Source: a virus
Reading direction: 5' to 3' (one strand)
Virus record (IMG/VR): IMGVR_UViG_3300010048_000001
Span: 1-64,000 of that record
DNA: 64,000 nt
Shown piece by piece: positions 10,311 through 19,390 of this stretch (positions are counted from its first letter, which is position 1; each line of letters starts with the position of its first letter). A program made the translations under genes and the position numbers. The notes under the pieces are model-generated. The model had not been told where the DNA came from, ran no database searches, and saw only the letters and a list, made by a program, of their open reading frames with translations.

Positions 10311-10409
10311 TCCGCGCCGCGCATCTGCCTCGTGGAAACGCGGAGCCCGACCGCCCGTCAGCTCAGGACGGACACCTAAATTATAGCGAGCGCAAGAGTA
10401 TTACGCTAG
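10311..10409 (-). promoter_or_regulatory. late-type promoter plus two-hairpin leader, copy 1
   Basis: CTAGCGTAAT-N14-TATAAT, then hairpin GTCCGTC-CTGAGCT-GACGGGC and stem TCCGCGT...CCACGAGG...GCGCGGA; near-identical organisation at 35733-35830. Confidence 0.75.
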
Positions 10410-10416
10410 GCCTGCG

Positions 10417-11163
10417 TTACCTTGGTGACAATCCGGCCTGCAAGCAGGTTGCGACAACCGTATCGCCAGCCCCCGTACCGCCGGAGTTTAGGATAATACG
10501 CCACGCACTAATGGGCACGTCAGATAGATAACCGGCGGCATTGCCTGTAGCCCCAATGAGGTCCGCCATGGACCCGCCAGAACCATAAGGCGGGAACACG
10601 CCGGTACCCGTAGTCGGCAGAATAGCCGGCGGAATGGGGGCATTGCCGAGGATCTTGCTCCCCATGACGCTCTTGTTGTTGTTCAGATCATCGATCGTGA
10701 CCTGAATCGTCCAGTTGACTGTGCCGGTCACGACGACGTTCCAGACAAATTCTTCCGGAGCGATAAAGGTCCCGAGAAGCTGCCAAGGCGACGGCACAAC
10801 ACCGTTCGTCCCGAGCGTTACGGCAGCCGTAAAGCCGCCGCCCAGCGGCAAGGCCGACGTCACCGTCTTAAAAGATTCGGTTGTCGCTACGGTGCCGCTA
10901 GCACCCGAGGGAACAGCCAGCGTCTGCGAAATGATGCCGCCGTTCGCATTGGTCCCGGTGATGACCATCGTCCGGGCCGAAGCCTCATTCCCGTAGGTCA
11001 GCAAGACCTCACGAGGCACGTCGAGCGTCGCAACGCCGCCAGACACCGTGCTGCCATTCAACGTCAACGCCGTGCCGCTCGTCGGCGTTATGGTCGTAAC
11101 GATATTATTCGCCGAAGAGGCAGCGATGCTGGGACCTAGCTGGACGCGCTGCTGGATGGCCAT
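10417..11163 (-). CDS. putative virion structural protein
   Basis: Thr/Gly/Ala-rich beta protein (MVITGTNANGGIISQTL...FKTVTS) in the post-capsid position; no signal peptide. Confidence 0.6.
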   Translation of the reverse strand: MAIQQRVQLGPSIAASSANNIVTTITPTSGTALTLNGSTVSGGVATLDVPREVLLTYGNEASARTMVITGTNANGGIISQTLAVPSGASGTVATTESFKTVTSALPLGGGFTAAVTLGTNGVVPSPWQLLGTFIAPEEFVWNVVVTGTVNWTIQVTIDDLNNNKSVMGSKILGNAPIPPAILPTTGTGVFPPYGSGGSMADLIGATGNAAGYLSDVPISAWRIILNSGGTGAGDTVVATCLQAGLSPR

Positions 11164-11739
11164 CTAGCGCTTCACATTCTTGGCGAACTGGGCCATGTGC
11201 TGCAGGTGCGAATCGCCTGAATGCAACGCCTTCGAGAGCTTTTTCGCGGGGATCGGTTCTCCTTCCGGAACGTGCAGTGCACGGTGTAGTCGACCTTTGT
11301 GCCCCGGCTTGTCGACGCCCGTTCCTTGGATCCACTTTTCTGGCGAGCCACCGCGCGCCATTCCCGGTGGCCGCATCCCAGCGCCGGGCATAGCGCCAAC
11401 CGGCCCTTGGGGCATCCCTTGACCTTGCATCATCTGAGCCCTCCGAGCCTGCAGCATCTGCATCTGCTGCGGCGACAGTTGCGGAGGCGGAGCCCCACCC
11501 GGCATGCCACCAGGAGCAGCGCCCGGCATTGGCTGCCCCATTGGCATACCCACAGCCCCGCCCGCCTGCCGGCGAGCCGGGCGATCTAGCCGCCGGCGGG
11601 TTTTACCGCCGTCAGCCCGAACGTGCTTCTTGGGCTTGGCAGCCCCATGCTCATATTCCTCGCGCTCATGCTCGAAGCTTTCGCCCTCGAGTTCGGCTTC
11701 ACGGCGAATATGAGCGTCAGAGGGCATCTTCTTTGCCAT
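11164..11739 (-). CDS. low-complexity basic protein with [A/K]xGG motifs and a folded-looking C-terminal domain
   Basis: Likely start MAKKMPS (11739); RADGG, RQAGG, MARGG; Met/Pro/Gln/Gly tract; C-term KWIQG...KGRLHRALHVPEGEPIPAKKL. Confidence 0.65.
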   Translation of the reverse strand: MAKKMPSDAHIRREAELEGESFEHEREEYEHGAAKPKKHVRADGGKTRRRLDRPARRQAGGAVGMPMGQPMPGAAPGGMPGGAPPPQLSPQQMQMLQARRAQMMQGQGMPQGPVGAMPGAGMRPPGMARGGSPEKWIQGTGVDKPGHKGRLHRALHVPEGEPIPAKKLSKALHSGDSHLQHMAQFAKNVKR

Positions 11740-11791
11740 TGGCGCACCTATGAGGACTACGAGGAGACCAGGCGAATCGGAGTGATCCGCC

Positions 11792-12307
11792 TTATTCCTC
11801 GAGCTCGTCATTATCTGCCTTATGCATGCCGGCTTCGCGAACCCGGGCGGCAGTCGTTAGCGGCGTCATGTCGGAGCCCACTCCGCCGCCGCGCTTGCGG
11901 CCGGGGCGATCAAGCCGGTGATGGCCCTTGTGCCCATGGCCCTCGACTTCCTTCTTCGCGCGTCCGCCGCGAGCTAGCGCAATGGCCCCGCCATCAGCGT
12001 GGTGGTGATGCTCGGCATGCTCTGTCCCGTGATGAGATACGTGATGCTTGCCGTGGTGAACCGCGCCGCCGTGCTTGCGCTTCTTGCCCTCGGCCTCTGG
12101 CACGACATTGCTCTTGGCCGTGTAATCAAGCTCCGGATCCTTCTCCGGGAAATCTTTCTCGCCGTGCATGGCGCCGCCGTCTTTGCGCTCCATGTGGCCA
12201 CCACGCTTGTAGTGGTGGTGCTCGACGTGCTGCGACCCATGATGGGAAACGTGATGCTTCCCCTCATGCATTGCGCCAGAATGATGATGACCCCTTGCCA
12301 TCGCCAT
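11792..12307 (-). CDS. His-rich low-complexity protein with six [A/K]xGG motifs
   Basis: Strong RBS AAAGAGGAG; repeat GKHHVSHHG(S/T)xHxEHHH twice; upstream TATAAT at about 12402-12407. Confidence 0.75.
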   Translation of the reverse strand: MAMARGHHHSGAMHEGKHHVSHHGSQHVEHHHYKRGGHMERKDGGAMHGEKDFPEKDPELDYTAKSNVVPEAEGKKRKHGGAVHHGKHHVSHHGTEHAEHHHHADGGAIALARGGRAKKEVEGHGHKGHHRLDRPGRKRGGGVGSDMTPLTTAARVREAGMHKADNDELEE

Positions 12308-12402
12308 CTCCTCTTTAACCTCGGCGATCCGCGCCGACCGGTCCCGCGTTGGTTAGACCGCGGGCGGCCTGGGACCCGTCCCGTAGAGGGGCGAGATCTG
12401 CA

Positions 12403-13599
12403 TTATACATTAAATGCTTCCGCAGTGCCAGACGGCGGGCTCTTCAATATCGCCCGCACATCGTCTTTGGAAACCGTGGCCAGCCATGCCTCGCGATCAA
12501 GAACTCCGTAGGAGATTACTAGCCGCTTTCCATCCGGATGCTCACACATGCCGCAGACATACTCTCCGGCCGAATCGTGCCCGAACTCCCAACCCAATGA
12601 AAAGGTGCTGATCTGCAGTTCCCGATCGAACCAGACAAAGCGCTGTCGATAAGGCGGCTTGCACAAGACCGGGTCGAGATCCCTGGGGCACTCATGAATA
12701 ATTGCCAGGAAGCCGTCATCAAACGGAATAAGCTGGCTGCTGCCCCTCCAATGTCTCGCCGAGACGGGCGGCACACCAATCTCTCCCGGAGCTGGCGAGG
12801 GCCCATATCCACAAACAACAGTAGGATCACAGGAATAGACGAATCTCCCCGATCCATCAGATACAGGCATCCAATTCTTTTGGTGCCGTTTGGGCCCTGG
12901 GGGTTGCTGAAGAACCGTAAAGTTTGTCGCCTTCCCGCCCTCTATCGAGACGACCGTCATTTCGCACAGCCGCTCGTCATTGTGCTGACGGCTCGTAGCC
13001 GATGCACAAAGATTCCCGTCCAGATACCAGAGGCGCAGATCCTCCAACCCGACGACTTCGCGACTGACTATCGGGACATCCGATACATCCAGCTCGCCGA
13101 GGCAGGAATGTTCCAGGGAGGGCTCGACATGAAACAGAAAATTACGGGTGATGGTCGGACCGTGGTTCTTAGTGCCGATGAGGTAGTTGACGCAGCGGAC
13201 ATTCATGATGACCCCATCGGGACCATTCACGATCGATGGGTTCATTGGATAGAACCCGGCTGGCGGCTCAAAGCGAATCGGCAACCACCGTTGTAGCGAA
13301 GGGGCCAAATCGCCGAGCTTCTTCCGATACCGGAATAGATTGCGCCACGTCACCTCGCGGGCCGCCTCTGGGAATTCTCGATCTAGCGTCAGCTCTTCAC
13401 AAAGCCGCGCTCCCAGCGCACGCATGTACGGCCGTTTCGAATGGAATCCCGAAGTGGCGATCTCTGCTTTCACCCGCACGGGATCGCATCCGCCTAACAG
13501 GCCGCGCTGTGCGAAAAGAATCGCGACATCAGGAAGCCCACGCTGCCGGTACTCAGCGGCATGGGCGCATAATTCCGTTGCCTGAAGACGCTCAAGCAT
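12403..13599 (-). CDS. helical N-terminus plus five-bladed beta-propeller of GH130/beta-mannosyltransferase-like type
   Basis: Motifs MNPSIV, GLEDLRL, QKNWMP, WRGSSQL, YGVLDREA. Confidence 0.6.
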   Translation of the reverse strand: MLERLQATELCAHAAEYRQRGLPDVAILFAQRGLLGGCDPVRVKAEIATSGFHSKRPYMRALGARLCEELTLDREFPEAAREVTWRNLFRYRKKLGDLAPSLQRWLPIRFEPPAGFYPMNPSIVNGPDGVIMNVRCVNYLIGTKNHGPTITRNFLFHVEPSLEHSCLGELDVSDVPIVSREVVGLEDLRLWYLDGNLCASATSRQHNDERLCEMTVVSIEGGKATNFTVLQQPPGPKRHQKNWMPVSDGSGRFVYSCDPTVVCGYGPSPAPGEIGVPPVSARHWRGSSQLIPFDDGFLAIIHECPRDLDPVLCKPPYRQRFVWFDRELQISTFSLGWEFGHDSAGEYVCGMCEHPDGKRLVISYGVLDREAWLATVSKDDVRAILKSPPSGTAEAFNV

Positions 13600-14195
13600 C
13601 AGGCGACTTTCTGGTAGAAAGCGATGAACTCAGGATATTCCGCGACCTTGCGCCAACGACCTGCGGCCTCAACCGAATCGGCCCATGGCTTCACCGTCGG
13701 CGTCTCCGGACGCCCGTAATCGTCAAGCCCGATGATCGTCTGGCTAGTGATCAGGCGCTCGATCCCATTCAGCGTCGGCCCGAGGAATTTATCGATATCG
13801 AGGTCAAGCCACAAAAAACTCAGCGGGCGCGTCAGGTACATAGGAGCCGTCTTCCGCGCGTCCCCGCGAATCGGCACGATCGGCAGAAGAGCCGCCCATT
13901 TCCAAAGCTCCGCCTCCGACGTTTTGTCATCACCGTAGTCGCCGGCGCGAGGCCAGCCAGTCGGATGAGTCTCCGTAAATCCCTCAAACGTATCAAAGGC
14001 AAAGACGACCTTGTCCTGCCCCAACGTCTTCACATAACAGGCAAACTTCAGCGACATGGTGCCGCGATAGCAGCCCATCTCCGCTATGTCGCCCGGTACT
14101 GACAATGATTTTTCGAACCAGGGGATGACGACCGAAAGGTTCGATTCGGTCGGTAAGTCTACAATAGCCCGCGGAACAATTTGCTCAATCGACAG
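13599..14195 (-). CDS. TylF/MycF-family O-methyltransferase
   Basis: VPGDIAEMGCYRG, FAFDTFEGF, LSFLWLDLD, IGLDDYG; frame stays open upstream to CTG 14195, which follows GAGG. Confidence 0.8.
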   Translation of the reverse strand: MSIEQIVPRAIVDLPTESNLSVVIPWFEKSLSVPGDIAEMGCYRGTMSLKFACYVKTLGQDKVVFAFDTFEGFTETHPTGWPRAGDYGDDKTSEAELWKWAALLPIVPIRGDARKTAPMYLTRPLSFLWLDLDIDKFLGPTLNGIERLITSQTIIGLDDYGRPETPTVKPWADSVEAAGRWRKVAEYPEFIAFYQKVA

Positions 14196-14204
14196 AACTC
14201 AACC

Positions 14205-14579
14205 TCATGAATGCGTCGACATGACGTCTTCGTGAGTGATTATATACACGTCCTCGTCAACGGCCGTAATATGCATCATCTGGTACTGAGCCGTCGAGGC
14301 CGTAATGCCGTTGGCAATGCCGTTCACCGTTACCCCAGATCCTGTAACGGTAATGGTCCCAGTCCCAGCCTGGTACAGATCGCACGAGAAACCACGCATC
14401 AGTTTGATCGGCAACGTCACCGCAATGGCGCTGCTCGAGGTGAAGCTGATGATCTTGCGATTGTCCCCTACCCCCGTGCCCCCATTGGTATAGGCTAGGC
14501 CGGAGAGGCTCAACGTGTAGGTCGTCGCGTTTACGATAACAAGACGATCGAACGGGCCAGCGACAGCACCAACGGTCAT
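14205..14579 (-). CDS. small virion/fibre-domain protein
   Basis: TTYTL...DNRKII.FTSSSAIAVTLP...GFSC..YQAGTGTITV pattern common in phage structural proteins. Confidence 0.6.
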   Translation of the reverse strand: MTVGAVAGPFDRLVIVNATTYTLSLSGLAYTNGGTGVGDNRKIISFTSSSAIAVTLPIKLMRGFSCDLYQAGTGTITVTGSGVTVNGIANGITASTAQYQMMHITAVDEDVYIITHEDVMSTHS

Positions 14580-15628
14580 TATGAAGCGTCCTTTTTCAGG
14601 AGGGCGTGCCTAGCGGCCCATACCTCGATGTATTCAGCCGCAGCCCGCAGCCGCACGGGATCATCGTTAAAGCGTCCCAACCCATTGTTGCAACTACCAC
14701 ACAACAGGCCTCGATTCAGGCCCGTTCGATGGCAATGATCCGTTGCGATAGCCCGATCCATACTTTCAGGACGCTGGCAGATAGCGCACAGGCCGCCCTG
14801 CTCGGCAAATTTGAGATCTTTCTCGCCGGGGAGAAGATTGAACTTCCGTAGATTGTATTCGCGCCTGAGCGCTTTCCCCTCGGCCTTGCTCTGCTTTGAC
14901 CACGGCAAACGCCACTCTGCATTCTCTGGGCCAAGAGGCGGATGATCAGGAGTGGGGTGTTTGCGCATCAACACATGATCACCCGTTGGAGGGGGCCCCA
15001 TGGCGACGAGAAACTCATCGACCGAGGCCCAGCCAACGATAGTCGGATCAAACTGGATATCAGACCATTTGGCGCTGCGCTGCCGGCGCGAACTCTTCCA
15101 ATTAGAGTCTTTAGCAGACCCATTGCCAGGCATCTCGCCCGTCTCAGCGGCATGCCGATATGCTTCTGCAGCCTCTTCTTTGGTAGAGAACTTCCCGAGA
15201 TAGTGTTGCCGACCATTCCGGGTGATCATCGCCACCCATTTGCCCGCAGTCTTGCTCCAACTGACGCCCTTGATCCCACTCTGGTTCAGAGAATTGATCT
15301 TGTTGGTCGCCGACAGCTCTGCCTGCGAAACCGCCGCTATATCAGCGAATCGCACCGAGGGACCAGATGCCCCCCTATAGACTAATCTCGTTGGGGCGAC
15401 GGGCCATTCGCCTCTCATCCAGAACCATGCAAGATGCGTGGCGTAGTGAGCAACTCCGTCAATCGCCACTACCCAACGCCCGCCAGGGCCAGCATGCCCA
15501 GCAGGCAATCCGACACGGCCGGCGTGCCGCTGGTTTGTGGCTTGTAGCAAGGTGAAGATGCCTGTGTCGGGATCGTAGCTTACGACTTGGCGCAACCGCT
15601 CGGGGGTCAGGGCATGCTTCTTAGCCAT
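14579..15628 (-). CDS. free-standing homing endonuclease (degenerate HNH + AP2 + endonuclease VII domain)
   Basis: LTPERLRQVVSYDPDTGIF; SGIKGVSW...KWVAMI...HYLGKFSTKEEAAEAY (AP2); QGGLCAIC...DHCHRTGLNRGLLCGSCNNGLG (EndoVII). Probable start 15628 behind AAGGAG. Confidence 0.85.
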   Translation of the reverse strand: MAKKHALTPERLRQVVSYDPDTGIFTLLQATNQRHAGRVGLPAGHAGPGGRWVVAIDGVAHYATHLAWFWMRGEWPVAPTRLVYRGASGPSVRFADIAAVSQAELSATNKINSLNQSGIKGVSWSKTAGKWVAMITRNGRQHYLGKFSTKEEAAEAYRHAAETGEMPGNGSAKDSNWKSSRRQRSAKWSDIQFDPTIVGWASVDEFLVAMGPPPTGDHVLMRKHPTPDHPPLGPENAEWRLPWSKQSKAEGKALRREYNLRKFNLLPGEKDLKFAEQGGLCAICQRPESMDRAIATDHCHRTGLNRGLLCGSCNNGLGRFNDDPVRLRAAAEYIEVWAARHALLKKDAS

Positions 15629-15633
15629 GGCTC

Positions 15634-15691
15634 GTCTCTCCTTAGTGATAAACTCAGGAGAGACTATACCATCCGAAACCGCAACGGTCAA
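15634..15691 (-). promoter_or_regulatory. sigma70-like promoter and RBS-sequestering hairpin of the endonuclease gene
   Basis: TTGACC-N17-TATAGT (15691-15663); inverted repeat GTCTCTCCT/AGGAGAGAC (15634-15664) covering the SD. Confidence 0.7.
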
Positions 15692-15750
15692 TCCCCGTAT
15701 ATGTTCTGCCATCGCCGATGCCAGTCTAGACTAGCAAGCTACTGGTTTTA

Positions 15751-16665
15751 TTATGATGTTGGGTTCGTTCCAAAGCCGGCTCTAGGGTTATAATAGCTAA
15801 ATGAGTAGCGTTCATAGCCCTTAACTAATAAGTTGTCCGTCGTGAACTCGACCTCCATCGACATCTCAAACGGGATGCGCTCCATGTAGGAGAGCCCCGG
15901 AACGTTGGTGAGCAGGAACCAGGAGAAGCTGGAGGTGAGGAAGTCGTTTACGAAGTACGACTCCTTGAGGCCGCCGGTGGTGCTGCGGATGGCATTGACG
16001 TCGTTGTCGCCAGTGCCGGGACGCAGCTGCGACTCGAGGAGGCGAATGGCGACTGGCTCGAGCTCGGGCGGGATCAGAAGCATCTTCGCCCGGGCATAGA
16101 ACTTCAGGGCAGCCTGGTCGACGAACTGCCGGCGGATCTGGATCATTGCGGAGAGCAATGAGGTCTCGGAGAGATCGGCCGCCGTAGTGAAGGCGTTCGA
16201 GTAGGTGCCGAGATCGATCGGGTGTGCAGTCGAGAACAGCGGTTGCTGGTCACCACCAACGGCCACTTGCTGGACGAACCCGAGATTGAAGACGCTGGCG
16301 CCATAGATTTCCTTCGTCTGATTGAAGGACTCCTGGAGGCCAAGGTTCGACGGATTGAACTGCGTCTTGTAGAGGTTATCGTCGATTGCGGGCCGCGTGA
16401 TGGCGTAGCCGAGAGCGACCTCGAGGTGCGACTGGTTCCAGACGAAGCGCTCGCCGGCACGGTTGGCGAAGGTCGTGGATTGGCCTTCGTTGTTGAGGCG
16501 GGCCAACGGCAGGTAGCGATTTTCCGCGGTGCGCTCGACAGCCTGTTCCGATTTGATGAACTGGAACAGTTTGTCGTACTGCCTCGGGATTTGCTGATAT
16601 TTGCCGGTGATCGCGCGCAGCCCCGGGAAGAGCATGTCGCGGATATTGGAAAGTGCGACGGGCAT
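15751..16665 (-). CDS. major capsid protein
   Basis: 304 aa; LFPGLRAI, LGYAITR.AIDDNLY, GGDQQPLFSTAHP, ADLSETSL, LLIPPEL, GTGDNDVNAI; high GC3 codon bias; head-operon synteny. Confidence 0.85.
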   Translation of the reverse strand: MPVALSNIRDMLFPGLRAITGKYQQIPRQYDKLFQFIKSEQAVERTAENRYLPLARLNNEGQSTTFANRAGERFVWNQSHLEVALGYAITRPAIDDNLYKTQFNPSNLGLQESFNQTKEIYGASVFNLGFVQQVAVGGDQQPLFSTAHPIDLGTYSNAFTTAADLSETSLLSAMIQIRRQFVDQAALKFYARAKMLLIPPELEPVAIRLLESQLRPGTGDNDVNAIRSTTGGLKESYFVNDFLTSSFSWFLLTNVPGLSYMERIPFEMSMEVEFTTDNLLVKGYERYSFSYYNPRAGFGTNPTS

Positions 16666-16678
16666 CTGTCAGTCTCCC

Positions 16679-17314
16679 TTAGACGCCGGTCAGCTGCTTC
16701 TGGAACTGGTTGTTCCAGTTGACCAGAACCAGGTTAAAGGCGGTGGTGTTGTCGAGGCCGTTAGAGCCCGGGGCGCCGGTCCACGGATCCGATGGCAGAG
16801 CCATGATCCGGAACGGCAGCGCGGCGGTGACCGCCGGCGTGGTATGCAGATCGATGTAGGCGCCCGAGAGACCCGTCGAGGTGCTTCCGGTACCGTAGGC
16901 ATATGTGGCGTTCATGCCGACCATCGCCTGCGTCGCCGCACCTCCGGGTGACGTGCTGTACCCGGTCTGCACCCAGAAGGAGACACTCGGGTCATCGATC
17001 ACGAAGGCGGTAACGATCCCGTTAGTGATCGTGTCGCTGCCGGGGAAGTAGGGCATGAAAACCAGCTTCTGCTGGCTCGCACTGATGTACTGGCAGCCCC
17101 AGAAGATGCCACACGGCATAACCGTGCTGGAGATACTTCCTGGCGCCAGGGTATCAATGTACCCACTCGACAGCACCGTCACCGGATCTCCCTTGAAGAT
17201 CTGGTGCGTATTGGAATAGAGAATCTGATAGTTGCCGTTCAGGTTGCCCGACCAGGACGCGCCGTCTGAGCGGCTTCCCGGGTCGAACCCCAGCGGGTTG
17301 AAGGTATTCGCCAT
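16679..17314 (-). CDS. head decoration/cement protein
   Basis: MANTFNPLGFDP, IFKGDPV, GIFWGCQY, AFVIDDP; directly upstream of the capsid gene; high GC3. Confidence 0.7.
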   Translation of the reverse strand: MANTFNPLGFDPGSRSDGASWSGNLNGNYQILYSNTHQIFKGDPVTVLSSGYIDTLAPGSISSTVMPCGIFWGCQYISASQQKLVFMPYFPGSDTITNGIVTAFVIDDPSVSFWVQTGYSTSPGGAATQAMVGMNATYAYGTGSTSTGLSGAYIDLHTTPAVTAALPFRIMALPSDPWTGAPGSNGLDNTTAFNLVLVNWNNQFQKQLTGV

Positions 17315-17505
17315 CGAGTTTCCTCGGTGTCGACCCTTCCCCTATGATGTCGGTCTGGGTTACGGGGTCAGCGGCCCGTCTTCGTTTAGCCGCTTACTTC
17401 TCCGAAAAGAGCGTCTCGTGGCCGCTCACGGAATATGCCGAACACCCCGAGGGTTCGGTATTTGCCACTATATGATGTGTTGAAAGCCCGTCCGCGTCAA
17501 TAGCC

Positions 17506-17721
17506 TTATTTCTCAGGCAACATTTCGGCGAATCCACGATCATCGACTATCTTGCGAACGGCGCCCTTTATCGCTTCGCTCGGCGTCGACCCCGTACCGG
17601 TATAAGAGCGCGCCTTGTTGTCCCGGCTCACGACGACATCAACCTGATGCACCGGGGATGTATCGCCCTCATCTTGCGTCGTCTTTGTGTCGACAGTAAC
17701 GTCCGGGCGTGGCAAATCCAT
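17506..17721 (-). CDS. hypothetical protein
   Basis: 71-aa ORF tightly packed in the head operon. Confidence 0.5.
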   Translation of the reverse strand: MDLPRPDVTVDTKTTQDEGDTSPVHQVDVVVSRDNKARSYTGTGSTPSEAIKGAVRKIVDDRGFAEMLPEK

Positions 17722-17724
17722 TGT

Positions 17725-18279
17725 CTATGGCTCCGATGTAAGTGATTCTTCAATGGGAGGGCCGGGCGACCACTGCTGTTGAATGCTGGCAACCTTCCGA
17801 ACGCTCGGGTGATCTCGAGTAAACTGACCCTCGGGAGTGCCGTACAGTTTCTCCTCGGTGACCTGAATCGGCTTTAGCGCTTCCTGAATATCCTCCATCT
17901 GCGCTTCTTCGGTTAGGTACTTCGGCCGCTCCATCAGAATACAACCGCCGCGGCGAATCACCGTCTCACCAACGGAGGCCAGTTCGGGATGGCGATCAGC
18001 AGGGACAGCTGACCAATGGTTCTCCCGGAGGCCGATTTGATGTTCACGGTCGGGCTGCGCAAAAACGCTTTCGCGCTTCCATTCATAGCTGCGGCCGGGC
18101 GGGATGATGCTACGGTCGAACTCCAACGGATTGGTGGTTCGCCGGCGGCGAGTAAGCCGTGGCTCGTTAGTCGGCGGCATTGCCTGCCGCGTTGTGGCTT
18201 GCCGCGGCTGGGCAGGCTGGGGCGCGGCCCCGCGTGCCTCGGATCTGTAAGAAACTTCACTCACGTTTGCGTTTCCCAC
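17725..18279 (-). CDS. conserved head-operon protein
   Basis: PPGRSYEWKRESV...W.AVP...HPE...IRRGGCILMERP; alternative GTG start at 18264. Confidence 0.65.
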   Translation of the reverse strand: MGNANVSEVSYRSEARGAAPQPAQPRQATTRQAMPPTNEPRLTRRRRTTNPLEFDRSIIPPGRSYEWKRESVFAQPDREHQIGLRENHWSAVPADRHPELASVGETVIRRGGCILMERPKYLTEEAQMEDIQEALKPIQVTEEKLYGTPEGQFTRDHPSVRKVASIQQQWSPGPPIEESLTSEP

Positions 18280-18338
18280 GACGCGCAGCCTTCGTGGCAG
18301 ACGCGACGGAAACGAAGCCGCCCGGCTCGGGAGCGGCT
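18272..18338 (-). promoter_or_regulatory. two-hairpin leader, copy 3
   Basis: AGCCGCTC-CCGAGCC-GGGCGGCT followed by CGCGTCTGCCACGAAGGCTGCGCG. Confidence 0.6.
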
Positions 18339-18343
18339 ATTCT

Positions 18344-19387
18344 TTACCTTCTGGCATTTACGCCTATTAAGCCCTCGCGCTGCAGGTCACGCTTGTGCCG
18401 GGCATACTCCGTCTCATCGATCCCCTGTGATCGCGCGAAGGCTCTTTCCTCGGCCGTTAAGACAACCCGATCACCACCGCTGAGATTTGTGGTTGCCGAG
18501 GCACTCGGCACGCTGCCGCCGGCGGGAGCCGTCGTCAGTCGCCTATGGGCCTGATCTGCGCGCCGCTGATTGGCGCCGGTATCACGCGGCTCGTCCGGAT
18601 CAGCGTCTCGCCCGCGGCCGTTTGACTGCTCGCGCGGTTGCGAATCGGCTTGCCTACGCTCTGTAAGACCGACTTCGTCGTTGACGAAATCGATGTATTC
18701 CTGACTGCCGATATCGATGCCCTTGACTTGCGAAGCATAATTGGCGGCAGCAGCAACTCGTCTTTGGAACGCCGTATCGGTAAAATACTGCGGATGATCG
18801 CGCAGCCAATCCTGAACGATCGCCGGCTGATTGCGGATGAAAATGTCGCGCGGGTCATCGGGCACCGAAACTGGCTGCGCTGGCTGCTGCTCGCGGGTCT
18901 GTTTGCGCGCCTCGAGCGCTTTCTGTCCAGCTGTCAACTGCGCGATTTCGCCGCCGAGCACCGCCATCTTGGCCTGCACATCGGCCATCTTCCCACCGTC
19001 GCCGTCGGCGTAAGCCGCGGCTTGCTGGCCCTTTAGCGCCTCCATCTCGGCATTGCGCGCATTCAGCGAACTTACGATTTCGCTCAGCTGCGCATCTTCG
19101 GTCGAGCGGCGGCCGGTCTCTGCCTCGACGTTGGCGCGCTGATCGGCCTGCCGTGCCTTTGCCTCTGCAGCATCGGCCCTGGCTCTCTCCTCGGTACGCC
19201 GGCGACGTTCCTCAGCAATTTCCGCATCCCGCTTTCGATCACGCTCCTCGAGCTCGCGCAACGTTGCCCGGAGTCCCTCGATAACATCCTCGGGAGTTTC
19301 GATCGTGATTTCTTCAGGTGGGGGCTGATTGGCACGTACCGACTGGTCAACCGCATCGGAAGGCAGCGCTGCTCGATCGCCTGACAT
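18344..19387 (-). CDS. capsid scaffolding protein
   Basis: Acidic coiled coil; C-term VVLTAEERAFARSQGIDETEYARHK; position between GroES-like and capsid genes. Confidence 0.7.
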   Translation of the reverse strand: MSGDRAALPSDAVDQSVRANQPPPEEITIETPEDVIEGLRATLRELEERDRKRDAEIAEERRRRTEERARADAAEAKARQADQRANVEAETGRRSTEDAQLSEIVSSLNARNAEMEALKGQQAAAYADGDGGKMADVQAKMAVLGGEIAQLTAGQKALEARKQTREQQPAQPVSVPDDPRDIFIRNQPAIVQDWLRDHPQYFTDTAFQRRVAAAANYASQVKGIDIGSQEYIDFVNDEVGLTERRQADSQPREQSNGRGRDADPDEPRDTGANQRRADQAHRRLTTAPAGGSVPSASATTNLSGGDRVVLTAEERAFARSQGIDETEYARHKRDLQREGLIGVNARR

Positions 19388-19390
19388 CGC

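Noticed and set aside
10311-10375. HDV-like or hammerhead ribozyme reading of the repeated leader (TCCACGA resembles an HDV L3 loop; CTGAGCTGA resembles CTGATGA)
   Set aside because: No consistent P1 helix or J4/2 catalytic strand across copies, and no correctly placed GAAA hammerhead core.
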